Shown: in pieces, positions 53,867-64,000 of the stretch
Layout of the letters: every line of letters begins with the position of its first letter
Position numbering within the stretch: the stretch's first letter is position 1
Source of the DNA: Raillietiella orientalis
Lineage: Eukaryota
Reading direction: 5' to 3'
DNA: 64,000 bases
Assembly: GCA_036172245.1 (NCBI GenBank)
Contig: JAYWIR010000041.1
Span: forward strand, 1,550,001 to 1,614,000
Notes under the pieces: generated by a model
Told to the model about the DNA's origin: nothing
Databases searched by the model: none
Seen by the model: the letters and a program-made list of their open reading frames with translations, nothing else
Translations under genes and position numbers: made by a program

Positions 53867-54841
53867 TTAACTGTCCTCGTTTACTTGCCATATTGATATT
53901 ACACCATCATCACCAGCAGAGGCCATTAAACCATGATTTAGGGGATTCCAACTAACAGCATTTATATCTTGTTTATGTGCTGAATGCACAGTATACAAAA
54001 GATCATAACATGGTGCACTAGATTGGTTTCCAATACATTCTTTAAATATTCTAAGATTATTATCTCCACATGCTGTAGCTATCAAATCCGTGTGGTGACA
54101 CCATGCAATATCGTAAACAGGTTGTTTGTGGAAGCCTGTTAATGTGCAGACACATTTAAAATCATATTGGTTAGAAGCACCAAAATTCTGCCATATTTTC
54201 ACTGTCTCATCATCACTTGAAGATGCTAATCTGGAACCTTCTCTATTAAAGCAAATACTCCAAACAGTAGACAAATGTGATTGTAAACTACAGCATACAA
54301 TCCAATCACCATCATCCTCAATGAATAATTTTATTAAATTATCATAAGAACATGATGCAAGAACATCCTGCTGGGGATGCCAAACTACCTTCTTCACATC
54401 TTGTGAGTGCGCACTCAATATGGCAACACATTCAAACTCTTCTTCTTCGACTTTTTCCCAGATCCACACACTTCTGTCTCTACCACATGTTGCTAAATAA
54501 GCTTCAGAAGCGGACCATGCAGCACACTTCACTTCATTATCATGCCCATCCAAACTGGTGGATAACACAAAGCCATCTGATTCCCTACGCCAAACATTCA
54601 CTGATGAATCAAAACTGGCGGTTGTTAAATACATCCCACTTGGTGACCAAGTAACGCAACGTACGGTTCTTTGGTGTTCCGAAAATAAAATGCTTTTGCA
54701 TTGCCATTCATAACCATTGTGACCCCAGAATCTTATATCTTTGTCTGAACCACAAGATGCTAGAGTTTTTCCATCAGGGCTCCATGCTAAGCTCCACACT
54801 TGATTTTTATGACCCCGCAACGTAGCCACCGCATCAACCAT
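53867..54841 (-). CDS. CIAO1: Cytosolic Fe-S assembly WD40 protein CIAO1/Cia1, single exon, 324 aa
   Basis: Intact ORF with WD40 repeats and Cia1 hallmarks: HQRTVR..WSPSG.YL.TASFD, GHDNEVKC.AWS, TCGRDRSVWIWE, HSQDVK.V.WHP and LASCSYDN. Confidence 0.96.
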   Translation of the reverse strand: MVDAVATLRGHKNQVWSLAWSPDGKTLASCGSDKDIRFWGHNGYEWQCKSILFSEHQRTVRCVTWSPSGMYLTTASFDSSVNVWRRESDGFVLSTSLDGHDNEVKCAAWSASEAYLATCGRDRSVWIWEKVEEEEFECVAILSAHSQDVKKVVWHPQQDVLASCSYDNLIKLFIEDDGDWIVCCSLQSHLSTVWSICFNREGSRLASSSDDETVKIWQNFGASNQYDFKCVCTLTGFHKQPVYDIAWCHHTDLIATACGDNNLRIFKECIGNQSSAPCYDLLYTVHSAHKQDINAVSWNPLNHGLMASAGDDGVISIWQVNEDS

Positions 54842-55349
54842 GGTGAGTCGGCCTCAACTCACGCTGGCCATTTGCGCAACGCATGCTCGGTTGCTTGAAA
54901 CACCAAACGGTCAGAATACCCATTTTCAAATAATAACCATGAACTACCTATTCCTTTAAAATCTTACAAAATCGAATTCTTTAATCCATACAGTGTATTT
55001 AGAAACAGATAAAACACTGTATGCTTTTGAGTCCATGTATACATCAATACAGGTAAGGAAGCTTTTGTTGATTTTTTTTTCTAAATTCTAAAAAGTGAAT
55101 CATATATCAATTCATATATCTTTGGACACCAGAATTTGTCAAAATTATGACTCTACTAAGTATTCGATTAATTTTCGATTGTGGTTTTGATTTTAGCATA
55201 TGTAAGCAAAACCAGGCTTTGTGATACTAACTATGAGAACGTACAACACAAAGAGTCAAACAAAAGTGTTTGGAAGCAGTGGATAGAGAAACGAAGTGAG
55301 GGATTTAGACAATGAAGGAAAGATGGGAAAAAGCATTCACCTCAATAAG

Positions 55350-57510
55350 GACGTAGAGAAATGATTCTTGAAACAGAGAGCAGGTATATGTTATTTGCCT
55401 GATGGCAAAACATTCAGCTGAAAACGCAGCATTGTAGATATGTAGAGAATCGTGGTTAGAACTATATATCGTGATGACAATCACCTTCTAGTAGCCGTCA
55501 TGTGCTTGTCAAACCGTTTCATCATTTCAATGTCTCCTTTTGTGACTCCTGACTCATTGGAATCCAAGCAGGTACATGATAGTAGGAAAGAGCATGGTTA
55601 CATTCAGAGTGTCTACAAGTCACTTTGGGTTCTGAACACGAACTCGACAAGAACTCGATGGAAGACATGCTGGGAACGCTATGTTCAGGTTTTCGATTTT
55701 CTGCAGGTATGGTTTTCCAACAGATCGAAACTTGCTTTACATGAATTGCATTACTGTTGATTATATTTGTTGAGAAAGAAGGGGTGGTTGATGTTTTCTG
55801 AGAGCATCTGCACTTCACGGACTTTTGTGTGCCAAGATGTCCAAGAGGTTCCTGAATTTCCTGCATATGTTTTCGTAAATTCTGACCTGCAAAGCTCTCG
55901 TTCAAAAGGAGTATTGAATTCGGTTACATGTGTTGGTGTCATTTTCCTAATCTTGATTCTGTCCAGTTTCAGGTATCTAGAATCGTAACTTACTAGGGTT
56001 GCTTTATGAATTTTGCTGCTTATTTTTGTTCAGACAAACATTCTCTCTAAAAGTTGGAAATTGATGCAGAAACGGTCGCTTATAAGTACTTTTCCCCACT
56101 TATTATCCATTTTTCTTTCTATGTTTTTCATCAATCTGAAAACAAAGCTATGTATTGCTTCTTGACAACGGTCCTCTGGAACCCATGACAATATCACTCT
56201 AGTGTCAGAATCATCGTCTGGACTTTCCGTGAACACAATTTTTCATGGGACTAAAGAATGTAAGTACAATGAAGTCAAATCTGTGTGACACATGGACTTA
56301 ATCAGCTCCAAACAATTTTGATAGATATAACTAAACGAGCTCAACTTGGTGTCTGGTGCTGCAATTTGCATTTTGCCCTCTGGACAAACTTGCTTTATGT
56401 GCCTGTAAGTGACAAAGTGATCCAGTGAATGATTCAATCACCACATTATGTGTCGTCAAGTTTCAAAATGGTGATTGAGTAACCTCTGCATGGTTCAGCT
56501 GATCATCTAGGCTACTGCCCTCTTTTTCTGAAAAACCTTACACGTTCATCCAGAATTCAACTATACCTCTATCAAGAATTATTTGCAGCAGTTCAGTCTA
56601 CCGTAAATTCTCCCAAGAAGCAGCTCTGTTTGTAATGCATTTCTCTACCAGATACTATTTCGAACATTAATTTTTAAGATTATGCAACCTATTTGTAACG
56701 TGTAGCCTACTCCAAGCTGGTAAATAACTGGGGAAGCCTGATGTGGGCGCTAATAAGCAAACACGAAAAAAAAGGAAACATCGACTCTACATGGAAAAGA
56801 AAACAGGCACTGGTGGTAACCCACCATCTCAAGATAGTGCCTTGAAGCAGGGAGGTAAGGCAGGAAGAACTGGCCATGGTGATTCCATATTTCGTAAAGG
56901 TCTTTCGGGAAACATGGAAATGGATGATCCAGAAGCCAAGGATGACTCTCTGTGACTGCAAACAGTTAAGAAGCAGTGACAATGGTCAGAAAATGCGGTT
57001 GTTTTGTCACAAGCAAAAAATGGAAGAAGGATTCACCTGCAAGACACGGGAGCTTTCGAAACATCAGGAATCCAATGCTTGGATCGTAATGACTAAAGCA
57101 GACATCAGGGACATCATAAAGCAGATTCGCCAACAATACGATGCCCTCTCTACGGCTGCCAACTGCTATGAGACCCATAAGTGAACCTTCAACCTACATT
57201 CCGTAGGAGCGACCTACCAGCGGACACTCTCAATAACCTCCTGATGTTCTACCATGGAGGCATCCCGAGCGGGAAAAGAGCAAAGCACTGGACGAGGGAT
57301 GCATCAGGGAGATTAGCGCAGTCTGCGAAGACCGGGAAACCCAGATCCACTACTCAGCTGCCCGACACTCAACAGAGACTGGAAGGCGGTGCCAGGCCTA
57401 CAGGAGAAGACAAAGGAGATCCTGGCAGGATTGTTTGGAGGGGATGGAACGTCCCCACACACAATCTTGTGTTGCGGACCTGCATTGCTCTCTCTATATC
57501 ACGAGCATAG
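55350..57510 (+). mobile_element. Degenerate Ty3/Gypsy pol (RT remnant and integrase core)
   Basis: ORF 56876-57184 reads SSDNGQK...KHQESNAWI...AANCYETH, matching rve SDNG..F / HPQSNG..ER / AYNT..H. An LNSVT RT remnant lies near 55915. Confidence 0.55.
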
Positions 57511-57649
57511 TGATAAGAGCCAAGCAGAAGAAAAAGCAGTGCTAGTCCCGGCGATAAACATTCTGTAAGAACTGATCAAGGAGGAAATTGGAATTCGCAG
57601 CTGGGGGAAAATCCCCTACTGGACGTACAGGTACATGTTGAACAAAGAA

Positions 57650-58950
57650 ATTGCAACTGTTCAGATGCGAAGGAATCCCACTGTCCGGAAGTGACAGTTT
57701 CCCTCCCCAAAGTGCGCAGATGAAGGCGAGAAGAGAGGTGAAATGTCCCAAGTGTAGCCATAAGGAAAATCTCAAAGTCGATTGTTCTGTTGTTTGTCAA
57801 TGCATTCACACGAAACTTCGTTTAGTGCAGGAATTCTCCCTACCGCTTGTTGGACCTGGGGAAAACGGAACTCATCAATAAGAACCCCTACCAAGGCACA
57901 TGGGGATTTTGTCTTTCAACTAAGAATAGAACATTGCTGTTTGAATGCTTCTTGCAAGCACTTTTTTTCAATTTCTTTCAAAGTTTTACTGAGTTCGTTT
58001 GAGATAATGCAAATTATTAATAGGGATTCCATTGAAATTTTTACTGATGTACATTAACATTGCTTTTAATTGATTCCAATCAGCGTCATCTTGTGGGCAA
58101 GCCACGACGCACTGCGTCGATTCCTTCGCAGTATTCGAACGCGTGACGCTTGGTGCCACCCGCGGAGACCACCGTAAGCACAGCCTCCGACGCGGGCTAC
58201 TGCCTGTAGGGATCCCCAGGCGGATGCAGTCGGCATGTTGGTCGAATGCTTATTTCTTATTTTGAATCTACGGATGAGGAGTAAACTAATTTCTAATCCC
58301 TTCTTACGTTATACCTAGATTTTGAATTCCAATGCACTCTTCATGGTTTTTTCGAAGAACGACAGCAAGAAGATCATGGAAGTGTGCTGACTATTTCAAA
58401 ACGTGCCAGAGGATTTCGAAACAGTCCAGGAATGCTCCTGACTATCCCTGCAATTGTCTCGCATGGGACAGCAAGCTCACACGTGGGATCGTGCTGGAGC
58501 CGCTTGGTTCCGAATATTTCGGAAACAACCCCGTGCTCATGAAACTAAATGTTCCCTTTCTGTTTGATGATCAGATGAGAAAAGTGAGCGTTCAACATTC
58601 AGCACAGCAGGGAAATCTTCTGGACATACCGTCTTGGACAACTGCAATGATAGATAGATAGATATGATGAAATGATAAAAGAAAGTGAACTGACAATGTG
58701 GATGAAAGCGTCACTGAAGCGTACTTGTAACGAACGTCTAAAAGCAAATGCTGAACTTCCGGGAGAGTAAAAGGAAGATCGTCGTCTGCACCTTGGTAGC
58801 GAGTACAACATCTGCAGACTTGCAGGAAGGCCTCGTACAGAAGCCATTTTGCACCTTCGAAAAACTCTTCCTGGAATACATTGCAGAGAGAAAGTTTTTT
58901 TCAACATGCTTCTCATATGATACTCACCAACAATCACAATTTTCGGTTAG
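57650..58950 (+). mobile_element. Second Gypsy relic: gag-like zinc knuckle and RNase H
   Basis: CPKCSHKENLKVDC (degenerate CX2CX4HX4C, ~57745); DFETV/LTIPAI (~58410-58455) and EYIAERKF (~58875) resemble the Gypsy RNase H region. Confidence 0.45.
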
Positions 58951-59398
58951 ACTGTATTAATAGGAAATTGAACATGTAATGATATTCCATCTACATCTAC
59001 TCGGTGATTAAGCTTCACATATAATATTTGTAGAATCAGAGATTTGTAAACTTCTTTTTGTTCATATTCCTAAATAAGTATGTCATCCAGTTCATTTGAA
59101 ATGAACTGGATGACCGCCAGCAGAAAGGCACAAAACCGACCTCCCTGCAGGCAGAAAGGGAAAAGCAAATTCGCACTCGATATGCGAGGATGCCTGGAGC
59201 ATCCAAGGTACATAAGGACGATGCGAACAGAAGCCCCATTGACGAGTCGTGTTCCGACATCGCGCTTCGGCAGCAGCGTCGACTCTCCATGCAGATGACT
59301 TATGAGATTTCTCACTGAGAATAATGGTCCCGCTCACGCCGAGGCGTTTATTAGATACAAACCTCCAGTTTCTACAAAGTAAATCCCGCGGCAGATGG

Positions 59399-61258
59399 TC
59401 AACGGAAGGCTGGCGAGACGCAGACGGCCGCAGCCTGCAGTTGCCGCAGGCGGTACAGCTCCTTCTGGTGCGCGAGCAGCTTTCGGGCGAGGGAACGCTT
59501 GGAGCGAACCAGCCGTTCCACCCGCTCGGAAAGCTGCGCCGCGCACCAACGCCCCTCGCAGCGCGCCCACGCTCCCACCGTCCGGCTGACGAGCCGGCGA
59601 TCGCGCCTGCGGTGCGCGCGCCCACCCCTCTTCAGCGCTCCAAGCCGAGCCCGAGTACGGCGCCTCCGCTCGCCGACGCTACGGGGCGCGGTCGGAGCGC
59701 AGCCCGCACCGAAGACATACGACGACGACGCCTTCGTAGGCACTCCTGCTGCTTGCACCTGCCCGCTGCTGCCCGCTGAAAACAGCCCCTGCGACGCGCG
59801 CACCGTCACGAACAGCGCATCGCTACGGGCCTCCGTAGACAGCAGACTGGGTCGGGCACCAAACGACGCCTGGAGAAGCGCCGCCTCCACGCACGTCGAC
59901 GATTCCTGCGTCCCTGAAACGAAAGGAAAGAGATTAATTTCGGCCACGGAAGACGAATCTTCCGTGGCGCCCTCCGCACACCACCCTCTCCCCCGTTCGC
60001 GGCTTGCGGTCGAGCTCGTCCGAGCGTCCTCGTGCTGCACCACGTACGTGGGCAAGCGGCCGAGGTGCAAGGACGAGCGCCGAGCTCGCCGTGCCGCATG
60101 CTGCTGCCAAATGCAGCCCGCATCACGCAGGACAGAACACTGTCCGCGTGCGTGCAACGCGGCCACCTGGAGCTGTTGACTGCGCCAGGCACCGCGCACG
60201 ATGCCGTCCATGGCGCGCCGGTACACGCCGCCCCAGCTCCACTCCGCCTGCATCTGAAAAAGACAGACTCGTGGCCATCGGGCAGACTGGTGCGGCTGCT
60301 TGGCACGCGGCCGAGCGGATGGGGAAGCCAGCGCGGAAGCATCCATTCAGCGATACGATAGCGAGCGCGCACGAACCAGATCGGAGCCACGCTCCCAGCG
60401 GGCAACGAAGAGCGGACGGGCACGGGCGCCCACTCCATCGTCCTGCCCGCCGCACGTCGTTTTCAGCTCTGTCTGCACGCTCGACCACCACCAAGCAGCG
60501 TGCGAAGCAGGCAGGACGGCGCAGGCGGCGGCGGCGGCGGACGGCGTTACGTCACCACCCGCCGGCGGCAGCCGCAGCCGCCGCCGCTGGCGCGCGCCCC
60601 ATCCCGCTCGCTCGCCGACCCCCGCGCCTCGCATCCGGCGCCGCTCGCCCACCGCGCCAGCGCCCACACTACCTTCTCACCCTCCGGCGTCGCACTGCTC
60701 ACTTCCTCCGACGAACCGACAGCTGCCACACACGCGCACCAACAACAAGTCACAACACAATCTTGCACAGAGAGACACAGAGAGAGAACGCACAGATGCC
60801 CGATCCGGACACACAAAAAGCTTTCTCTCGAATGGGAAAAGAAAATTTTCATCCTTTGTTGGAACGTTCGACGACGAAACAATGATGCCGGTCGTCCTGG
60901 GCAACGAGAACCTTCCATCCGAGACGCAGAGCGCAAGAGCGGACGGGCCGGCCGGCGCAGCGGACGAGCGCCGGCCGGCCGCAGCCGCACTGGCCGGTCG
61001 CTGCCCGAGGCAGCACGCACGGCGCCTGGCGAACGCGGAAGCGCGCGCTCCGACGGCGCCCATGCCGCCAAGCGCCACTGTGCCGTGCAGGCACAACAGC
61101 TTGGCAGGCGGCCGCCACAGGCGACTGCTCTCTTGGCACCTGTCGCGTCGCACCCACCGTCTATTTCCAAACATTGCAAAACAGCCATCCGTTCTGTACA
61201 TCCGCGCGAACGCATTTCCTATAGCAATTTGACATACACCGATCAGCACACTTTCCAA
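59399..61258 (-). CDS. Second copy of GC-rich candidate gene (mirror of 31011-32873)
   Basis: ORF 59399-60346 (315 aa) differs from the left copy by one residue (A/S), per the ORF track. Confidence 0.35.
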
Positions 61259-62339
61259 TCAGCGTGTACGTTCTCCTTTCCGTACGCTAGCAGCACGGGA
61301 CGGGGGCTGCGGGCAACCTGTACATGCTCCCATCAAGAAAGGCATTGGAACAGCAAACAGGAAACATCGATGCCCAGCACTTCGCATCACTTTCCGTCTT
61401 CAGATACCTTCCGGACAAAGTGGACACGGCACACATTCCACCTGTCCACACCAAAATTGAACGCACCCACGTGCTGCTGTGCAAATAGGCAAGTGTGCGT
61501 GGCTGTCCATGTACCCAGAATGCCAGCCATGCGAATGCAACTCCAGCTTATGACCATTCACGGAAACGTGTTCGCGGGACTGCTCCACTATCCAGGAACG
61601 AAGAATATCCAGGAACGTTTCGTGTTTGCAGCATACAATGTTGAAAAGCTTTGTGTGCGTACGTACTCATGTATGTGCGTATATCCTCCCATATTCCTGT
61701 CCATCCGCTACTCGCAATCGACACGTGGAAACAACAGTCATGGGAAGATGGACGGAAGCAAACATCGATACGGATATACACACTCACCTATGTATTGAAC
61801 ATCAGCATGCACACGTTTTCAGAACGGAATGGGAACTTGGGGGTGCACTGATCTGGATATGGAACCGGAACGACAGACACAATGCATGCATGCATGCATG
61901 CATGCATATATGTATGTATGCGTTGTTCGCAATCCGCAGGAAGTACGCCCATGTGTGCGTGAGCGTGAGCATCCCCGCGCTCGAATTACGGTGGGCATCG
62001 CAATAGAGAGAAGATTGCAGTTTCAGTGAAACTGCAATCTGATGTTCCAATAGGGACGCTCGTGGCAAAATGAGTGCCGTACCGTTCGCCTGATGTGAGT
62101 CAACTACCATCAATGTACACATGAAGACATAACAACCTGTTTGACTTGCACTCGAATCCCGAGCAGGAATGCACGTATCCTCGCAAGCTGCTCAACCTGT
62201 ATGCCGTGCATCTTCAGATTCGTATGGAAAGATGCGCTTGTGCACGCATTTGCATAGTGCATGCATTCGCATTACTATTCCCGGCATGCTATGTACATCT
62301 CGAATGGTTGAACATGAACGTTTTCTGAATACAATACAG

Positions 62340-63030
62340 TCAATGGAAAGTTCGCTTCGACAGGAGCGCCGGTCCACGGCGCGACGTTTGCACGGGTCCA
62401 CCAAGTGGCAATGGTGGCCACGAAAGACGAGCAGCCAGCATGGTTTGAGAGAGGAAGAGGAAGATGGGAGAGCGCGTGGGAGGCTATCCCTTTCGCTCGC
62501 ATGTACGCCTGCTTCTCCTTGCTGCTAGCCCATGCGTACATCTCCTGTCCGTCCCATCGTTTGGAATGGCTGGCAGCAGAAAGCTCTGGAGCACTGGATC
62601 GCCACCTTGGAAGAGCAACTGCCTCCGCTGCAGGGCCTGCTCCGCAAACCGCTGGGAGATACGCCGCAGCACTGGTCGCAGTGGTCCCGGTTAGCCGTCT
62701 CACGCCCGGCTGCAGCGCCGTCTGCCCTCAGCTCCAACAACGACAGGGGCCAACCGCCAGGGTGGCTGTTCTCCTGCAAACTTGCAAGAGTCGAAAAACT
62801 CTTCAATGGCTGAAAACGAGCGAGCTGGTGAACGCCTCCACTCCTGGATTCCGGTCAAATGGACTGCTTCGGTGGAGAGAGCTTCTCGGAGTGGCCCCCG
62901 AAGAGCTTGCGGTCCCTTCCCTCTGCGTGGACACCTCCGTGCACCCGCTCCTGCGGATTCCTTCCGTTCTCTCCAAGGTGTGCTTAGTTATTTGATTGTA
63001 TGTTTTTTTTGTTTTTGTTTTTTCCCTTCC
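62340..63030 (+). mobile_element. 3' end of an L1/Tx1-like element with T-rich tail
   Basis: WESAWEAI...LLAHAY...RL and QQKALEHW resemble zf-RVT; the T-rich tail at ~62995-63030 resembles the one at 23125-23160. Confidence 0.45.
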
Positions 63031-63169
63031 CTTCCGTTTCCGCGGAGAGTCCCATCGGTGTGCGTAGTGGCTACCCGGGAGGTGTCGTGTAAAATGGAAT
63101 GCTGTAGGGCATGTTTTGTCACCATCTATGTTTTGAGTGGATTCAATAGGCGCCCTGGCGTGACTGGGT

Positions 63170-63700
63170 GATAACTGCGGTTGAAACAGTACTATCTGTT
63201 GTTTTTACATTGGGGATTTCTGTGCAATCAGCGCAGTCGTCTGATTTGCGGGAGAGTTGCCTCCCCAAACTTTTCGAGGTACTGGACCTTGCAATTGTTT
63301 ACGCATCGCTATTGGTCTGCAGTACCTTTGAGGACTTTTGCCGAGACTCGTTTGTTCGCTCCGCCAACTGGAAGAAACCGCTTCGTAGTCGCTGAGAGTG
63401 TTCTTCAACAAAGGTGGAATGATAAAGTGTGATTGCAAGAATTTGTTGCATCCGTGCTATAGTAACAGCCTTCCACGCGTTGGATGCACGTTGTTGGCGA
63501 ATGGAGGCTGCCGTCATGGGAGCTTTCGTGAAGACAGCTTCTAGGCGGTCTCGTCTGCCTGAAGAGGTCATCAAAAAGATCGTGATCCTACACACCCGTT
63601 TCCAGTAACAAAAAGACGAAGGAACCACAGACTTCAATAAACATGCGTTCAAGTCTATATGGTGAGATTGAGATTCATGTGTTCAGTGGGCAGTTACCGT
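63170..63700 (+). mobile_element. Possible LINE APE endonuclease fragment
   Basis: IGDFCA (~63210, GDFNA-like) followed by FEDFCRDS. Confidence 0.3.
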
Positions 63701-64000
63701 ATCCATACCAAATTGTGCTATAATGACGATTGCGGAGTTGCAATTTTGATACTATCGCTGTTCCTGGTATTTGAACACATAAAGAGGAAACTGCTTTCAA
63801 ATGTAGCTGAGATACAACCGCACTTAAGGCATGGCTTAATGTTGAAGATCCTATTTAGCTCGTTGACAAACTCACCGTGACTTTACTTTATAGCTTGGGA
63901 GTAAAATGCGCATTGTTTGAGAAAATGCTGGATGGAATTCTGACAAAATTTAAATACACAGATGCCTTTCGCTGTGTACATGATGGAGTGTTACCAGATG

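Larger units (their letters stand above)
57081..62572. repeat. Right arm of ~5.5 kb inverted duplication (likely source copy)
   Basis: Reverse complement of 29697-35191. Reading frames run across both ends of this copy (ORFs 56876-57184 and 62405-62995). Confidence 0.97.

Noticed and set aside
58748..58960. IVVCTL resembling an Upf1-like SF1 helicase motif
   Set aside because: The context fits Gypsy RNase H, and no other helicase motifs are present.
29697..62572. Giant DNA transposon (Maverick/Polinton or cargo-carrying TIR element)
   Set aside because: No target-site duplication at the outer ends and no recognisable transposase, polB or capsid gene; the right arm is continuous with its flanking relics on both sides.
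29697..62572. Inversion with staggered-break duplication
   Set aside because: That model predicts one novel junction per arm; here both novel junctions are on the left arm.

Overview
This is eukaryotic (metazoan) genomic DNA, not prokaryotic. Very short 40-53 nt introns and an operon-like gene pair suggest a nematode; that assignment is inferred. Four conserved housekeeping genes can be spliced by eye: PSMC2/RPT1 (8 exons, minus strand), checkpoint RAD1 (5 exons, plus), NIF3L1 (3 exons, minus) and an intronless CIAO1 (minus). They sit among heavily decayed Ty3/Gypsy LTR and L1/Tx1-like non-LTR retrotransposon relics. The main structural feature is a near-identical ~5.5 kb inverted duplication (29697-35191 vs 57081-62572) bracketing a 21.9 kb spacer that holds RAD1, NIF3L1 and CIAO1. 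The right copy is continuous with its flanks. The left copy has novel junctions with an 8-bp flanking direct repeat and locally templated fillers, so it looks like a repair-mediated inserted copy. Other highlights: a decayed CRESS ssDNA-virus Rep (endogenous viral element, ~50.45-51.0 kb), a duplicated GC-rich orphan gene candidate, and a ~160-nt multi-hairpin island. Transposable-element boundaries are approximate and were called from motifs read by eye; no database search was run.
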